Virus record (IMG/VR): IMGVR_UViG_3300027668_000013
Location: 13,558 to 77,557 of that record
Reading direction: 5' to 3' (one strand)
DNA length: 64,000 nucleotides
From: a virus
Made by a program: the position numbers and the translations under genes. The notes under the pieces were generated by a model. The model did not search any database, was not told the DNA's origin, and worked only from the letters and a program-made list of their open reading frames with translations. Positions 1-9,600 of this stretch are shown here, one piece after another (position 1 is the first letter of the stretch; each line of letters begins with the position of its first letter).

Positions 1-102
1 GACATTGACAGTGAGTTAAAATCTCCAGAAGATGCTGAAAAAGATATGATAAAAACTGTTTATGATAAAATTGGCCACTGTCCAGATTCACAATTAAGTT
101 GA
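1..102 (+). CDS. 3' end of a hypothetical protein (truncated by window)
   Basis: Open frame from base 1 (DIDSELKSPEDAEKDMIKTVYDKIGHCPDSQLS*) ending TGA at 100-102; same strand as the following genes. Confidence 0.55.
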   Translation, partial: DIDSELKSPEDAEKDMIKTVYDKIGHCPDSQLS

Positions 103-130
103 TAATTATTAACTATTTAAAAAAATATTC

Positions 131-496
131 ATGATAAAAGGATTTGAAAATGAAACAGAACCATTAAGCGCAGAAGAACTTATAGCATTACCAATACTTA
201 TAGAAGGTTTTAAGAAACTTAAAGGAAAAGAATGTGCTATGACAGCAAAATATATAGCTGCACAAATGAAAAAGCATCATTTTATAACAATAGATGGTGC
301 AAGAATTAGAAAAGTAGTTAATTATATTAGAACAAATAATAAAGTGCCATTTCTTATGGCTACAAGTAGAGGATATTATGTATCTGATTCAACAGATGAG
401 ATATTAGAATACGTAAAGTCTTTAAAAGACCGAGCTGATTCTATTTATCATGTTGCTAAATGTTTAGAAGGTCAAATTAATAATTACGAAATATGA
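131..496 (+). CDS. winged-HTH-like DNA-binding protein
   Basis: 121 aa; MTAKYIA...IDGARIRKVVNYIR...MATSRGYY is a wHTH-plus-wing pattern followed by a coiled coil. Confidence 0.6.
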   Translation: MIKGFENETEPLSAEELIALPILIEGFKKLKGKECAMTAKYIAAQMKKHHFITIDGARIRKVVNYIRTNNKVPFLMATSRGYYVSDSTDEILEYVKSLKDRADSIYHVAKCLEGQINNYEI

Positions 497-630
497 GTTT
501 TATACTAAATGCTGTTTTAATTGTAATAGTTGGAACAGCAACACTTACCCTTATACCTATTGTTATAATGTCAATTGTTTGGATTTTGTACACATTAATC
601 TATATAATTAAAAAAATTTTTAAAAACTGA
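493..630 (+). CDS. small membrane protein (45 aa, not in ORF track)
   Basis: ATGA overlap with the upstream stop; MSFILNAVLIVIVGTATLTLIPIVIMSIVWILYTLIYIIKKIFKN*, hydrophobic with a basic C-terminus. Confidence 0.65.
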   Translation: MSFILNAVLIVIVGTATLTLIPIVIMSIVWILYTLIYIIKKIFKN

Positions 631-819
631 AATATAACTCTATTAGATGCAATAATCTAAACAGTATCAAACAAAAGACAGACGAGAGAAACAAGTACCA
701 ATTTAATAAATCCTTTTTGGAATTTAGTACTTAAAGGTGGAATAGCATATTGTAAACAAGAGAACTGCACTTACAGAGGAGAGTTTAGTCGAACGAGTTA
801 TATTTCAAAAAAACATTTT

Positions 820-1680
820 ATGAAAATCCAAAAGATTGATCGAAAATCTATGGTAATAAGGGAGTCTGGAAGGAGTAGTGATTACATTACTCCTTCTTTT
901 GGCTATGGGTGTTTGTTAAATTGTAGCTATTGCTATATGAAACGACATCTTTCCAAAGGACTATCAATAGCAAGAAATGCTAATCAAATTTTAAGTGAAG
1001 TAAACAACCATTCGTATTTTGTTGCCGATGTAGAAAAGCCTAATCAAACACATAAAGCACATATCACTTATGATATTGCATGTAACGAGGATTTTGCACT
1101 ACATAGAAAACACCACGATTGGAAATTTATTTTTGATTTTTTTAGAAATCATCCAATTGCTATGGCTACATTTGCAACCAAGATAATACCTGTTGAATTT
1201 CTAAATTACGATCCTGATAAAAAAGTTAGGATTAGATTTAGTTTAATGCCACAAGTAATATCTAATGAATTGGAGCCAAACACACCTGCTATCATAGATA
1301 GGATAAAGGCTGTAGACGCTTTTATTGACGCTGGTTATGAAGTTCATCTTAATTTTAGCCCGGTCATTGTATATAAGAATTGGTTAGAAGATTACAAGTT
1401 TTTGTTTCAAATGTGCAATGATTACATTGATTACAAAGACGAAGTAAAATGCGAAGTAATCTTTCTTACACATAATGAAAGAAAGCATTATGTAAATTTA
1501 GAAAACAATGTAGGTGGTGAAACTTTATTATGGACACCTCAAAACCAGGAGAAGAAAGTATCAAGTTATGGAGGTACGAATGTTAGATATAAACGTAATT
1601 TAAAAAACAATTATATAAAATTATTCGTAGACTTGCATGACAGAATTATTAACTGGAATAAAATCCGCTACATTTTTTAG
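820..1680 (+). CDS. spore photoproduct lyase-family radical SAM protein
   Basis: CxxxCxxC (GCLLNCSYCY), YDIACNED (position of the SplB H-donor Cys), RFSLMP, GYEVHLNFSPV, EVIFLTHN and C-terminal RYIF, all typical of SPL-family proteins. Confidence 0.85.
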   Translation: MKIQKIDRKSMVIRESGRSSDYITPSFGYGCLLNCSYCYMKRHLSKGLSIARNANQILSEVNNHSYFVADVEKPNQTHKAHITYDIACNEDFALHRKHHDWKFIFDFFRNHPIAMATFATKIIPVEFLNYDPDKKVRIRFSLMPQVISNELEPNTPAIIDRIKAVDAFIDAGYEVHLNFSPVIVYKNWLEDYKFLFQMCNDYIDYKDEVKCEVIFLTHNERKHYVNLENNVGGETLLWTPQNQEKKVSSYGGTNVRYKRNLKNNYIKLFVDLHDRIINWNKIRYIF

Positions 1681-1683
1681 AAC

Positions 1684-1803
1684 ATGAAGAAACCGAAACC
1701 AAACAAAGAAGAAAACATGGAATTGTACAAAAAGTACATGAACTACAGAAAAACTCTTAAACACAAATTAAGTTTTCAAGAGTATCAAAAGAATCACATG
1801 TAA
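1684..1803 (+). CDS. small basic hypothetical protein (39 aa, not in ORF track)
   Basis: MKKPKPNKEENMELYKKYMNYRKTLKHKLSFQEYQKNHM*; starts 3 nt after the previous stop and ends just before the terminator. Confidence 0.5.
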   Translation: MKKPKPNKEENMELYKKYMNYRKTLKHKLSFQEYQKNHM

Positions 1804-1807
1804 AATC

Positions 1808-1842
1808 AAAAAAGGAAGGGCTAAGATCCTTCCTTTTTTTTT
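1808..1842. terminator. bidirectional intrinsic terminator between convergent modules
   Basis: AAAAAA-GGAAGG-gctaagat-CCTTCC-TTTTTTTTT; T-tracts on both strands, located where the + and - gene blocks converge. Confidence 0.85.
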
Positions 1843-1871
1843 ACTAACACTAAACCAAACCTAAACTAATA

Positions 1872-2528
1872 TTAATATTGTACTACTTTTTCTCTTAATG
1901 AAGAAGGTCTATTAGACTTATGATAAACAATATGAGGATGAGTTGTAAATGATTTATCTCTATCCCTATGTAATTCCATAGTCATCTGGTCAATTGGCTT
2001 ATCAAACTTTTCAAGCTTTTCAATATATGCATCATAAACATTTTCGTTTATACCATATGCTTGACAACACCATGCTCCTCCTAATTTTTTTAAACATGCT
2101 GCTACCCACTCGGAAGGATGTTCGTCAAATGAGTTAAAATGTAAAAAATCCCAATTTCCTTTTTCTTTTTTAGGTAAAGAATTTAGTGCTTTTCTAAAAA
2201 TACTTTGGAAATTAATATTGATCATATATGAATCATCTTCAAATATAAATATTCTTTTATATCCTTTTGCTTTAGCGTTTTTAATAAGTTTTAAAGTTGT
2301 AAATGCTAAAGCAGCAGCGTTTTTATTCCAACCTTCAGTTTCAGTACCATTAAATACAACACGTTTATCTTTCCCAGAAATAGCAGCAACTCTGGCTGCT
2401 TTTACTCCTGTTCTTATAGCTTCTATTTTAAAATTAGCTAATCTAACTTTATCTTTTGCTAAATTTATTACATACACTTTATCAAAAAATGCATTTAATG
2501 GTGGTACTTCTTTTTCCTTCTTTTCCAT
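1872..2528 (-). CDS. glycosyltransferase family 25-like
   Basis: FDKVYVINL..DKVR, AAISGKD, IFIFEDD, AYGIN, PID motifs of GT25 (Lex2B/LgtB-like). Confidence 0.8.
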   Translation of the reverse strand: MEKKEKEVPPLNAFFDKVYVINLAKDKVRLANFKIEAIRTGVKAARVAAISGKDKRVVFNGTETEGWNKNAAALAFTTLKLIKNAKAKGYKRIFIFEDDSYMININFQSIFRKALNSLPKKEKGNWDFLHFNSFDEHPSEWVAACLKKLGGAWCCQAYGINENVYDAYIEKLEKFDKPIDQMTMELHRDRDKSFTTHPHIVYHKSNRPSSLREKVVQY

Positions 2529-2558
2529 CTGTCTTTATTTTATTCCCCTTATTAATAA

Positions 2559-4916
2559 TTATGGAAGTGGTTGTGGTCTTGGATTATTTATATCCGAATG
2601 TGCTTCAAAATTACTTCCTTGAAAAACGTGAGGTTCTGTACCACTTGTAATAAGAACTGCTAATGGGTAACCAATACTTGTCCATGTATATGCCCCACCT
2701 TGTGGTGCATGATCAATACTATAACCTACTGATTCATTTGCTACATCTGAACCAGTTCCTTTTACTCCATTTGGAGGAGGAAAAGTACCTGTAAAAAGAC
2801 CACTACCACCAGCACCTTCGTAAGAAACAATTATATCAGTATTAGAACTACTACTACCTGGCCACCAGTGATTATTTTTTGTTACTACTCCTTCTACTGA
2901 ATGAGGTCTACTCATTAAATTTGAACTTTGTGCTTTAATATAATAAAATCCTGTTGTCATGCTTACAATAATCCCAAGTCCTTGTGATTTAGCACTGTTT
3001 GCATATTGAAGATTTATTGCTGCCATTAAACCAGCTGTTACTGTAGCTTTTGTTACTGTACCTGTTGCAGGAGTAGTATAAGTAATTGCGTAGTTAAGTA
3101 CAGACTGAGTACCTACAGGCCAATTTTCAAATTCTATCGAGAACGTAGCGTTATTTGAAACGGCAGAATCTTCAATTTCTAAAAGAAATTCTGGTTGCGT
3201 TGATTCACTAAGTCCTTTTTGTCTTACTGATACAATTTGAGAATACCAACTTGTATAATCAATAACTTGCGTATCAGCATTAGGAGTAATAAAAGAAAAA
3301 CTATTTAAAGGAAAATCCTTAAAGGTTTTATTTCGAATACCTCTACAAAAACTTGTATTCATTAAAGAAGGCCCAGAAATGTATCCTGTACCACCAGTAC
3401 TTACTTGTCCAAACATTAAATTTGCACACTCATCTCCAAACATATTACCTCTTCCTCCGTTTATTCCATGAAATGAAATATTTGAACAAGCTATTCCGAA
3501 TGTATTATATGCCATTTCAGAATATGGAGAATAATAATTACCTCCAACAAAAGAAGCATCTTGCTCTCCAATTAAATTAATTAAGTTACAACCTTGAGCA
3601 AATCTGTTATATCCACCTGAATAAATATCAATAGCTGTACAACTTGCTCTAAAATCGTTTGCTGTAGTACTTCCTAAACTAATTGCACCACAACTATTTC
3701 CAAATACATTCTTATGAGATTGTCTAATTATAAAAACTCCTACATTTTTACTACCTAATTCATTAAAATTACTTTTTAAAATAATAATATCATTTGATTT
3801 CTGCTTTATTTCATTATTAGTAGAATCAATTACTAAAACTTCATTACAATGATTTTCAATTTTATTTTCATTACTATCAAATATTAAAATTTCAGTACAT
3901 TTTTTACCAATAGAAATTTCGTCAGATCGCATTACTACAACGTTAGAAGAATCTTCACCAATGGCAATGTTTCTACAAGCCAATATTGTTATTCCATTTG
4001 ACCCTTTCCCAATTTCTATATTTTCACATTTATGACTTGCACCAAAGAATTGATTTCCACTACCGATTAAAACATTTGTAACTCCTTTTGCTAATTTAAT
4101 TCCAGTATGAGTTGACTCAGAATTGGATTTAAGAAAACAAGGATAAAAAGTAGGGGTTGATGATACAGTAATAGTATTACTAAATAGTTCTATAGACCCT
4201 CCATTATAAGCATAATAAGGTTGATTTTCAAATACATTACCAATATCATTAACCAATCTAAAATTATTTTGAGCTGAATCATCTCTAACAGAAATACGAA
4301 TACCCCCATTAGATGGATCTCTATACATTTCACTTCTATCAACTGTAGTTGCCGTACTTGGAATTGAACTGTTAAGTAATTTAAATCTTGCAACAGTATA
4401 ATTTCTGAAATCAAAATAAGCTTCGTTATCATTTAAGATATCATATCTTCTAATTACAGTACCATTATCAAGAACTGCAGGTGAACCATGGCTTGCTTGA
4501 GTTTGATTATATTCTATAACATCATATGGATTGTCTTCTGAAAGAGCAAAACCACTCAACTTATTGGTAGTAGTTGCAAGAACTAAGAACTTTTCAATGA
4601 TTTGAGTATATCCTGGAACTGTAGTATTTGTTAATAAACTATCAGTAATAGCATGAACATTTTCAAAATCAAATCTATACCATGTACCAGGTACTAATGT
4701 ACCAGCTGCTACATGAACTCCTAATTGAGCATATGTTAAATTTACTATGTTTGCGTTACCACCTCCAACATTGTCTCCCCATAAGGATTCAATCATGTCG
4801 CATAATGATTTTTGCAGTCCTTCTCCTGTTATTCCAAAAGTATCATTTTTAAAAACCTTTGCTACTACAGCATTTATTAGGTCTTGTTTTACGTTATAAT
4901 CAGTTCCTATTGCCAT
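2559..4916 (-). CDS. tail fibre/spike with beta-helix repeats
   Basis: N-terminal LTYAQL..LVPGTWYRF...DVIEY...GTVIRRYD..NEAYFDFRN fibre segment, then repeated NxFG/IG..C beta-helix rungs. Confidence 0.7.
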   Translation of the reverse strand: MAIGTDYNVKQDLINAVVAKVFKNDTFGITGEGLQKSLCDMIESLWGDNVGGGNANIVNLTYAQLGVHVAAGTLVPGTWYRFDFENVHAITDSLLTNTTVPGYTQIIEKFLVLATTTNKLSGFALSEDNPYDVIEYNQTQASHGSPAVLDNGTVIRRYDILNDNEAYFDFRNYTVARFKLLNSSIPSTATTVDRSEMYRDPSNGGIRISVRDDSAQNNFRLVNDIGNVFENQPYYAYNGGSIELFSNTITVSSTPTFYPCFLKSNSESTHTGIKLAKGVTNVLIGSGNQFFGASHKCENIEIGKGSNGITILACRNIAIGEDSSNVVVMRSDEISIGKKCTEILIFDSNENKIENHCNEVLVIDSTNNEIKQKSNDIIILKSNFNELGSKNVGVFIIRQSHKNVFGNSCGAISLGSTTANDFRASCTAIDIYSGGYNRFAQGCNLINLIGEQDASFVGGNYYSPYSEMAYNTFGIACSNISFHGINGGRGNMFGDECANLMFGQVSTGGTGYISGPSLMNTSFCRGIRNKTFKDFPLNSFSFITPNADTQVIDYTSWYSQIVSVRQKGLSESTQPEFLLEIEDSAVSNNATFSIEFENWPVGTQSVLNYAITYTTPATGTVTKATVTAGLMAAINLQYANSAKSQGLGIIVSMTTGFYYIKAQSSNLMSRPHSVEGVVTKNNHWWPGSSSSNTDIIVSYEGAGGSGLFTGTFPPPNGVKGTGSDVANESVGYSIDHAPQGGAYTWTSIGYPLAVLITSGTEPHVFQGSNFEAHSDINNPRPQPLP

Positions 4917-4919
4917 AAT

Positions 4920-5453
4920 CTAAGGTTTTATTTGTTTTAATACTGAACATCCTGGTTCTACAGGTACACAAGAAGCTTTCTTTGTACCACCTGTTAAAGT
5001 AAATCCCGCACTCGTGAAATCACAGTACGAAAACTCTCCTTTGAACAATGTAGGATCTGCACAAGGTTCATTTAATTCTATTTTTAATTCTGAAGCTAAT
5101 GATTTCCACTTACTTAAGTAGTTTCCACCAAGCTCATTTGATATGCAAGGTAAGTTTTTTTGAACACAGTCTATTTTAAATTCTGAAAAAACAACACTTG
5201 AAATACAAGTCCTGTCTATTTTATTTCTTTCCATGTACGAATCTATATTCATCGCATAATGAAAAAGATATATATAATAATTGGCCGCTTTATAATTTTT
5301 TAAAGCCTTTTTAGCTTTTCCTTTTAAATCATATTTCCAAGCAGCATTTAATAATGCAGTTACTTCAGTATCTACAATTGCCCATGCTTTAATGTACTTG
5401 TTTTCAACTACATTAGCTACGGCTTTCTTACTATATGGTACAATTAAACTCAT
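4920..5453 (-). CDS. Cys-rich putative tail hub/fibre-attachment protein
   Basis: 177 aa, multiple Cys; translationally coupled to the upstream gene and adjacent to a fibre gene. Confidence 0.4.
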   Translation of the reverse strand: MSLIVPYSKKAVANVVENKYIKAWAIVDTEVTALLNAAWKYDLKGKAKKALKNYKAANYYIYLFHYAMNIDSYMERNKIDRTCISSVVFSEFKIDCVQKNLPCISNELGGNYLSKWKSLASELKIELNEPCADPTLFKGEFSYCDFTSAGFTLTGGTKKASCVPVEPGCSVLKQIKP

Positions 5454-7294
5454 CAGCTACAACCACATCCACTTGAGGATGTATTTACATTAGTACTTGC
5501 AGTATTTGTAGAGTTACAATTGCAACTTCCACTCTTACTACTCCAGCTATTTACAGGCCCATTAGTGTTTGTTCCTTCTGAAAAAGAAGAATCTAAACAC
5601 TTTCTTCTACTACAAAATAAAGACATTTTATTTAAAACGCTACTAATTGAAGTTAATTCATCTAATTTTTCTTGAGACAATCCAGTATAAAAATTATTTA
5701 AAGCATATTCTTTATTCAATTTCATGAAATAAGTATAGCTCATTAATAGTATCTGGTTAAGTTCATTGTCTTCTGGACATGGTGAACAAGGATCACCTCC
5801 TCCACAAAGTAAATCTGTTATATAACTTGTGATACATTTTTCAACTTCACAGTGATTACTAATTATATATTTTTCTACCGTAGTACCATAAGTAGCTGTC
5901 ATTACAAAAATTCCAGGATTTGTAAAAGTAATATCTGTACTTCCACCTGCTACTAAAGCACCAGAAGCTACAGATTTTGTTACACCATGTTGTTCAATAT
6001 TATAAGCAACATCAGTAACACTACTCTTATTTTCTATTGTGTATGTATTACAAGACTTGTATTTTACATTAATAAATTTACAAGTTTCAACGCAATATTC
6101 TATTGGAAACTCAGTGCCACAATCATCATCTTCAATTACAGCTTTTATTTTATATGTACCAAGCTTAAGTAGTTTAAGTGTTACAGTAGCATTTGCAAAA
6201 CTTGTACTTAAAGGAAACGTATCCTGAGCTGTACCTGAAGTGTTAATTGGATCAACATCAAATCCATCTGAATCTGTTATAGTATAAACAATTTTGTGAT
6301 TGTTTGCTATAGATCCCGGTCTATTTAAAGTCCAAGTTGGAGTTATTGTAATTGTTTCTCCCATAGCATAGCAACTTAAAGAAGTTGAAGCAAGGGGTTT
6401 ATTTGGAGTTGTAAAACCTAAAGATAAATCAGGTCTGTATTCTGTAATACTTACATTTGTTACTTTATCTAAAATTAAATAATTTCCAATTGGTTGTTTT
6501 GTTTTATTAAAAACTGTATTTCCTTGTAAAGTAGTTGCAAAAGCTTTTAACCATTCTGAATTTTCTACAACATGTTTAACTTGGTAATTACCAGGATATA
6601 TAAAATCTATCTTAGTTTTAGTTCCTGTAGAATATAAAATATTGTTTACATACCAAGAAGATTGTGAAATACTTCCTGAATTTGCTGAGTAATAATCTGC
6701 TTTAAACGAACATATGTCTAAAAAATGAAACATGTCTGGATAAATATTAGCATATGGATGGACATTAACTTTAACAACCGAACCACCTTCTGGATCAGTA
6801 CTTACACCAAAAGATTTATTTACTTTAATTTCATAATCAGATACTATATGAGTAACTGTAGTATTACCATCATAACTTGCATTTGTTGCTCCGGCATCTT
6901 GTGTTATAGAAATAACATCTCCTACAATAAAAGAATGTTTATTAGTACTACTAAAAGATAAAAATGTTAAAGTTCCTGCACCTGTACCGTTATTATACCC
7001 ATTGTCGTCAAATTTCCAAGCTACATTATTTCCTATTGGTACAATTTCTTGTAAAACAATATCTATTGCTTTATCTGCAGAATATACATTATCAATAGTC
7101 ATTGAATACGGCTGATAACCAGTTTTAGTAACTGTTATATTTACAGCTGTTTTATTTGTAACAGCAGCCGTAAAAGTATTTACCGTACCCGTTGATGATA
7201 AAGAACCTATCGTGATACCACCTGCCGCAACGGTTAAAGCTGTTTTAGCTGAGGTAGCATAATCTGTACTTTTGACGTTTATAGTTAAATTCAT
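5453..7294 (-). CDS. structural protein with Ig-like domains and Cys-rich C-terminus (putative tail hub)
   Basis: Thr/Val-rich beta domains (TVTKTGY, HSFIVGDVISI, LGTYKIKA) and C-terminal CGGGDPCSPC...CNC...GCGCS. Confidence 0.55.
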   Translation of the reverse strand: MNLTINVKSTDYATSAKTALTVAAGGITIGSLSSTGTVNTFTAAVTNKTAVNITVTKTGYQPYSMTIDNVYSADKAIDIVLQEIVPIGNNVAWKFDDNGYNNGTGAGTLTFLSFSSTNKHSFIVGDVISITQDAGATNASYDGNTTVTHIVSDYEIKVNKSFGVSTDPEGGSVVKVNVHPYANIYPDMFHFLDICSFKADYYSANSGSISQSSWYVNNILYSTGTKTKIDFIYPGNYQVKHVVENSEWLKAFATTLQGNTVFNKTKQPIGNYLILDKVTNVSITEYRPDLSLGFTTPNKPLASTSLSCYAMGETITITPTWTLNRPGSIANNHKIVYTITDSDGFDVDPINTSGTAQDTFPLSTSFANATVTLKLLKLGTYKIKAVIEDDDCGTEFPIEYCVETCKFINVKYKSCNTYTIENKSSVTDVAYNIEQHGVTKSVASGALVAGGSTDITFTNPGIFVMTATYGTTVEKYIISNHCEVEKCITSYITDLLCGGGDPCSPCPEDNELNQILLMSYTYFMKLNKEYALNNFYTGLSQEKLDELTSISSVLNKMSLFCSRRKCLDSSFSEGTNTNGPVNSWSSKSGSCNCNSTNTASTNVNTSSSGCGCS

Positions 7295-7773
7295 TGTATA
7301 AGTATTTTAATTAAAAATACAGACACAACACCAACTGCAGTACCGTATCTAAACATTTTCCATTGTCTTTTTTCCAGTTCCCCAACCTTTTTAGTAAGAT
7401 AGTCATTTTCTATGTCTATTTTAACAAGAGTTTCAGTACAATCGTCTAAACCTTCTATTAAAACAAATTTTTGCTTATTGGTACTATCAATTTCTGCTTG
7501 TAAATTTTCTTCAATTAAATCATTTATAATGTTAAGAGAATCCAATTTTCTCTGTACGTTTGGAAGATCACGTTTAATTTTCTCTAAATTCTTTTTATAA
7601 AGATAAAATTCAGTAAACTTCTCAGGACTCATTTGAATCTTCTGACAAGATGAGTCAACCTGTACAATAGAGACAGAATCTTTATCGCATTGACCAAATG
7701 TACTAAAAGTTGTTAATAGTAGCAAAACTATTACCTTATAGTATCCTTTACTCCGTGTGTATCTTTTATCCAT
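7291..7773 (-). CDS. spanin-like protein (signal/TM, coiled coil, C-terminal TM)
   Basis: VIVLLLLTTFSTFGQC, heptad-rich middle, YGTAVGVVSVFLIKILIQ; overlaps the upstream gene within the lysis cassette. Confidence 0.5.
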   Translation of the reverse strand: MDKRYTRSKGYYKVIVLLLLTTFSTFGQCDKDSVSIVQVDSSCQKIQMSPEKFTEFYLYKKNLEKIKRDLPNVQRKLDSLNIINDLIEENLQAEIDSTNKQKFVLIEGLDDCTETLVKIDIENDYLTKKVGELEKRQWKMFRYGTAVGVVSVFLIKILIQ

Positions 7774-8069
7774 GATAATGCTTCAATTACATCTTTATGT
7801 GTAACGGTTATTTTTGTATGACCTTTAATTATATTAATTGCAGAGTCCAATTCGTTATCAATTGTATTCTGAACTAATATTAAAGAATCTCTTTCAATTT
7901 GCAATTTTCGAATTGCGATTGAATCTTGAAAAATGATACTATCACGGAAAACCTGTCTTTTTTCAAAAAGAATTAGTTTGCTTTCATATGTATCTTCAAC
8001 AACAACTTTAGTAAATAAGTTACTTAAACACAAAGCTAAAACAAATGAAATTATGATTTTATACGTCAT
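7731..8069 (-). CDS. i-spanin-like protein
   Basis: N-terminal TM (IIISFVLALCLSNLF) plus coiled coil; downstream of holin-like genes. Confidence 0.5.
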   Translation of the reverse strand: MTYKIIISFVLALCLSNLFTKVVVEDTYESKLILFEKRQVFRDSIIFQDSIAIRKLQIERDSLILVQNTIDNELDSAINIIKGHTKITVTHKDVIEALSWIKDTHGVKDTIR

Positions 8070-8271
8070 TTTCTTTTTTCTTTACAGAAGGTTTAACCGT
8101 TTCAGCTCCTAAGTAAGTCATTATTGGCGCGTTTATAAAAGCAAGTCCAGCACCAAGAGATGCAAGATCAGAACCTTTATACATACCGTACCAAAAAAGT
8201 AAAACATTTACCATAAATGCAAAGACAGTTATTTTCAGTCTTTTACTCACTGGCATCTTCATCTTTTCCAT
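8059..8271 (-). CDS. holin-like membrane protein
   Basis: 70 aa, two TM helices, charged C-terminus; next to the endolysin. Confidence 0.55.
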   Translation of the reverse strand: MEKMKMPVSKRLKITVFAFMVNVLLFWYGMYKGSDLASLGAGLAFINAPIMTYLGAETVKPSVKKKENDV

Positions 8272-8461
8272 TTAATTTCTTTTTATCAAGTTTTGCAAAT
8301 ATTTTCTTCAACCATCGGTTTACTAAAAAACCTACAACACCACCTACTATCGCTCCTATTGTAGACAATAATATTGTATGCATTGCTACCTCTACAAATC
8401 CAGCAGCACCAATGCTACCGAAAATTGCTCCCACCATGTTATTTGATCCTTGATCGTTCAT
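8243..8461 (-). CDS. holin/antiholin-like membrane protein
   Basis: Likely start MNDQGS at 8461, right after the lysin stop; two Gly-rich TM helices and a basic tail. Confidence 0.5.
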   Translation of the reverse strand: MNDQGSNNMVGAIFGSIGAAGFVEVAMHTILLSTIGAIVGGVVGFLVNRWLKKIFAKLDKKKLNGKDEDASE

Positions 8462-8462
8462 T

Positions 8463-9107
8463 TTAAAAATCTTTTTCTTCGAGTAATGTATAAGTGAAGT
8501 TTTCACCTTGACCGTGTTTTGTTTGTAATTCACAAAGAGTAATTAAACGAAGAAAAAGATCCGGACTTTGAATAACTTGACATCCTGCTGAATACCTGCC
8601 AATATTCAATAAGTTTTTCCACTTAGACGCACGATGTATGTTAGTTTTAGAATTAGATATTTCAAACTTATCACTATTGTGATCTGTTGTCATATCTTCA
8701 TATAGATTAAAATCTAATTCAGAATCTTTAGAATTGTCACGAACATAAGTCATAGGTTTAACTTGTTCGAGTGCCTTATAAGCTGTCTTTGGTCTACTTC
8801 GACCATGAATACCTATTCGATAAGCTCCTCTGTATTGGCCAGGTACAATAATGATAGTTCCTTTTTTGTTCATTGGGTTTAAAAGCCAATGTTTACCAGG
8901 ATCTGTAGTACATGGAAATACTTCGTGACATTCTTCTCCTTTTTCGTCTTTAAATAAAACATGAATTTCATCATCAAACTTATCAGATTGGCTATTGTTA
9001 GATCGTATTCCTATAATATTTAAATTATAGCTCCCCTTACTAAAAAACTTATAGCCTTTTCCTTTAACGGTCTTAATAATACTCTTAGATGATATATATT
9101 TTTTCAT
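8463..9107 (-). CDS. endolysin candidate (YkuD/L,D-transpeptidase-like Cys peptidase)
   Basis: NLNIIGIR, FDD, TTDPG, PGQY, NIHRA...SAGCQV (H...SxGC catalytic motif); probable start MKKYISS at 9107; upstream of holin and spanin-like genes. Confidence 0.65.
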   Translation of the reverse strand: MKKYISSKSIIKTVKGKGYKFFSKGSYNLNIIGIRSNNSQSDKFDDEIHVLFKDEKGEECHEVFPCTTDPGKHWLLNPMNKKGTIIIVPGQYRGAYRIGIHGRSRPKTAYKALEQVKPMTYVRDNSKDSELDFNLYEDMTTDHNSDKFEISNSKTNIHRASKWKNLLNIGRYSAGCQVIQSPDLFLRLITLCELQTKHGQGENFTYTLLEEKDF

Positions 9108-9192
9108 GTTATAATTATTATAAATTCTATATTTTTTTACTTTAGCATACAATAAAATAAGTATTATCATAATGATAGGAAAAGATAACATA

Positions 9193-9588
9193 TTAATCTA
9201 AATAAGTTACTTCTACATCTCCTACATTTGGAAAAAACTCTTCAATTATTTGTTTTCCATAATTACTCATCATATAATGTAAAGCCTTTAAACCTGTTTT
9301 ACCCCCTTCAGAATAAATATACTTATCAGATTTATCTTCTTTTTCCATTTCAAAGTCTTGGCCCATAATGTTTTTTTCTGAACCTTCAATACTTAACTTA
9401 ACAGCATTCTCTGCTTTCCATTCAGTAGACTCTCCGTAACACCAATTAAAAGGTATGTTAAAAGTTTGAAGAGTTTCTCTTCCTGTACCAATATTCCCAG
9501 GACAAGATATTTTTCTTATACCTGCTGCGTAAATATCAAGACCTCCTGCTTTTACTCCGCTATTTTCTGTTAAAGTTATTGTTATCAT
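9193..9588 (-). CDS. hypothetical protein (tail fibre module)
   Basis: 131-aa ORF co-oriented within the tail module. Confidence 0.6.
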   Translation of the reverse strand: MITITLTENSGVKAGGLDIYAAGIRKISCPGNIGTGRETLQTFNIPFNWCYGESTEWKAENAVKLSIEGSEKNIMGQDFEMEKEDKSDKYIYSEGGKTGLKALHYMMSNYGKQIIEEFFPNVGDVEVTYLD

Positions 9589-9600
9589 TTTTATTATTTT

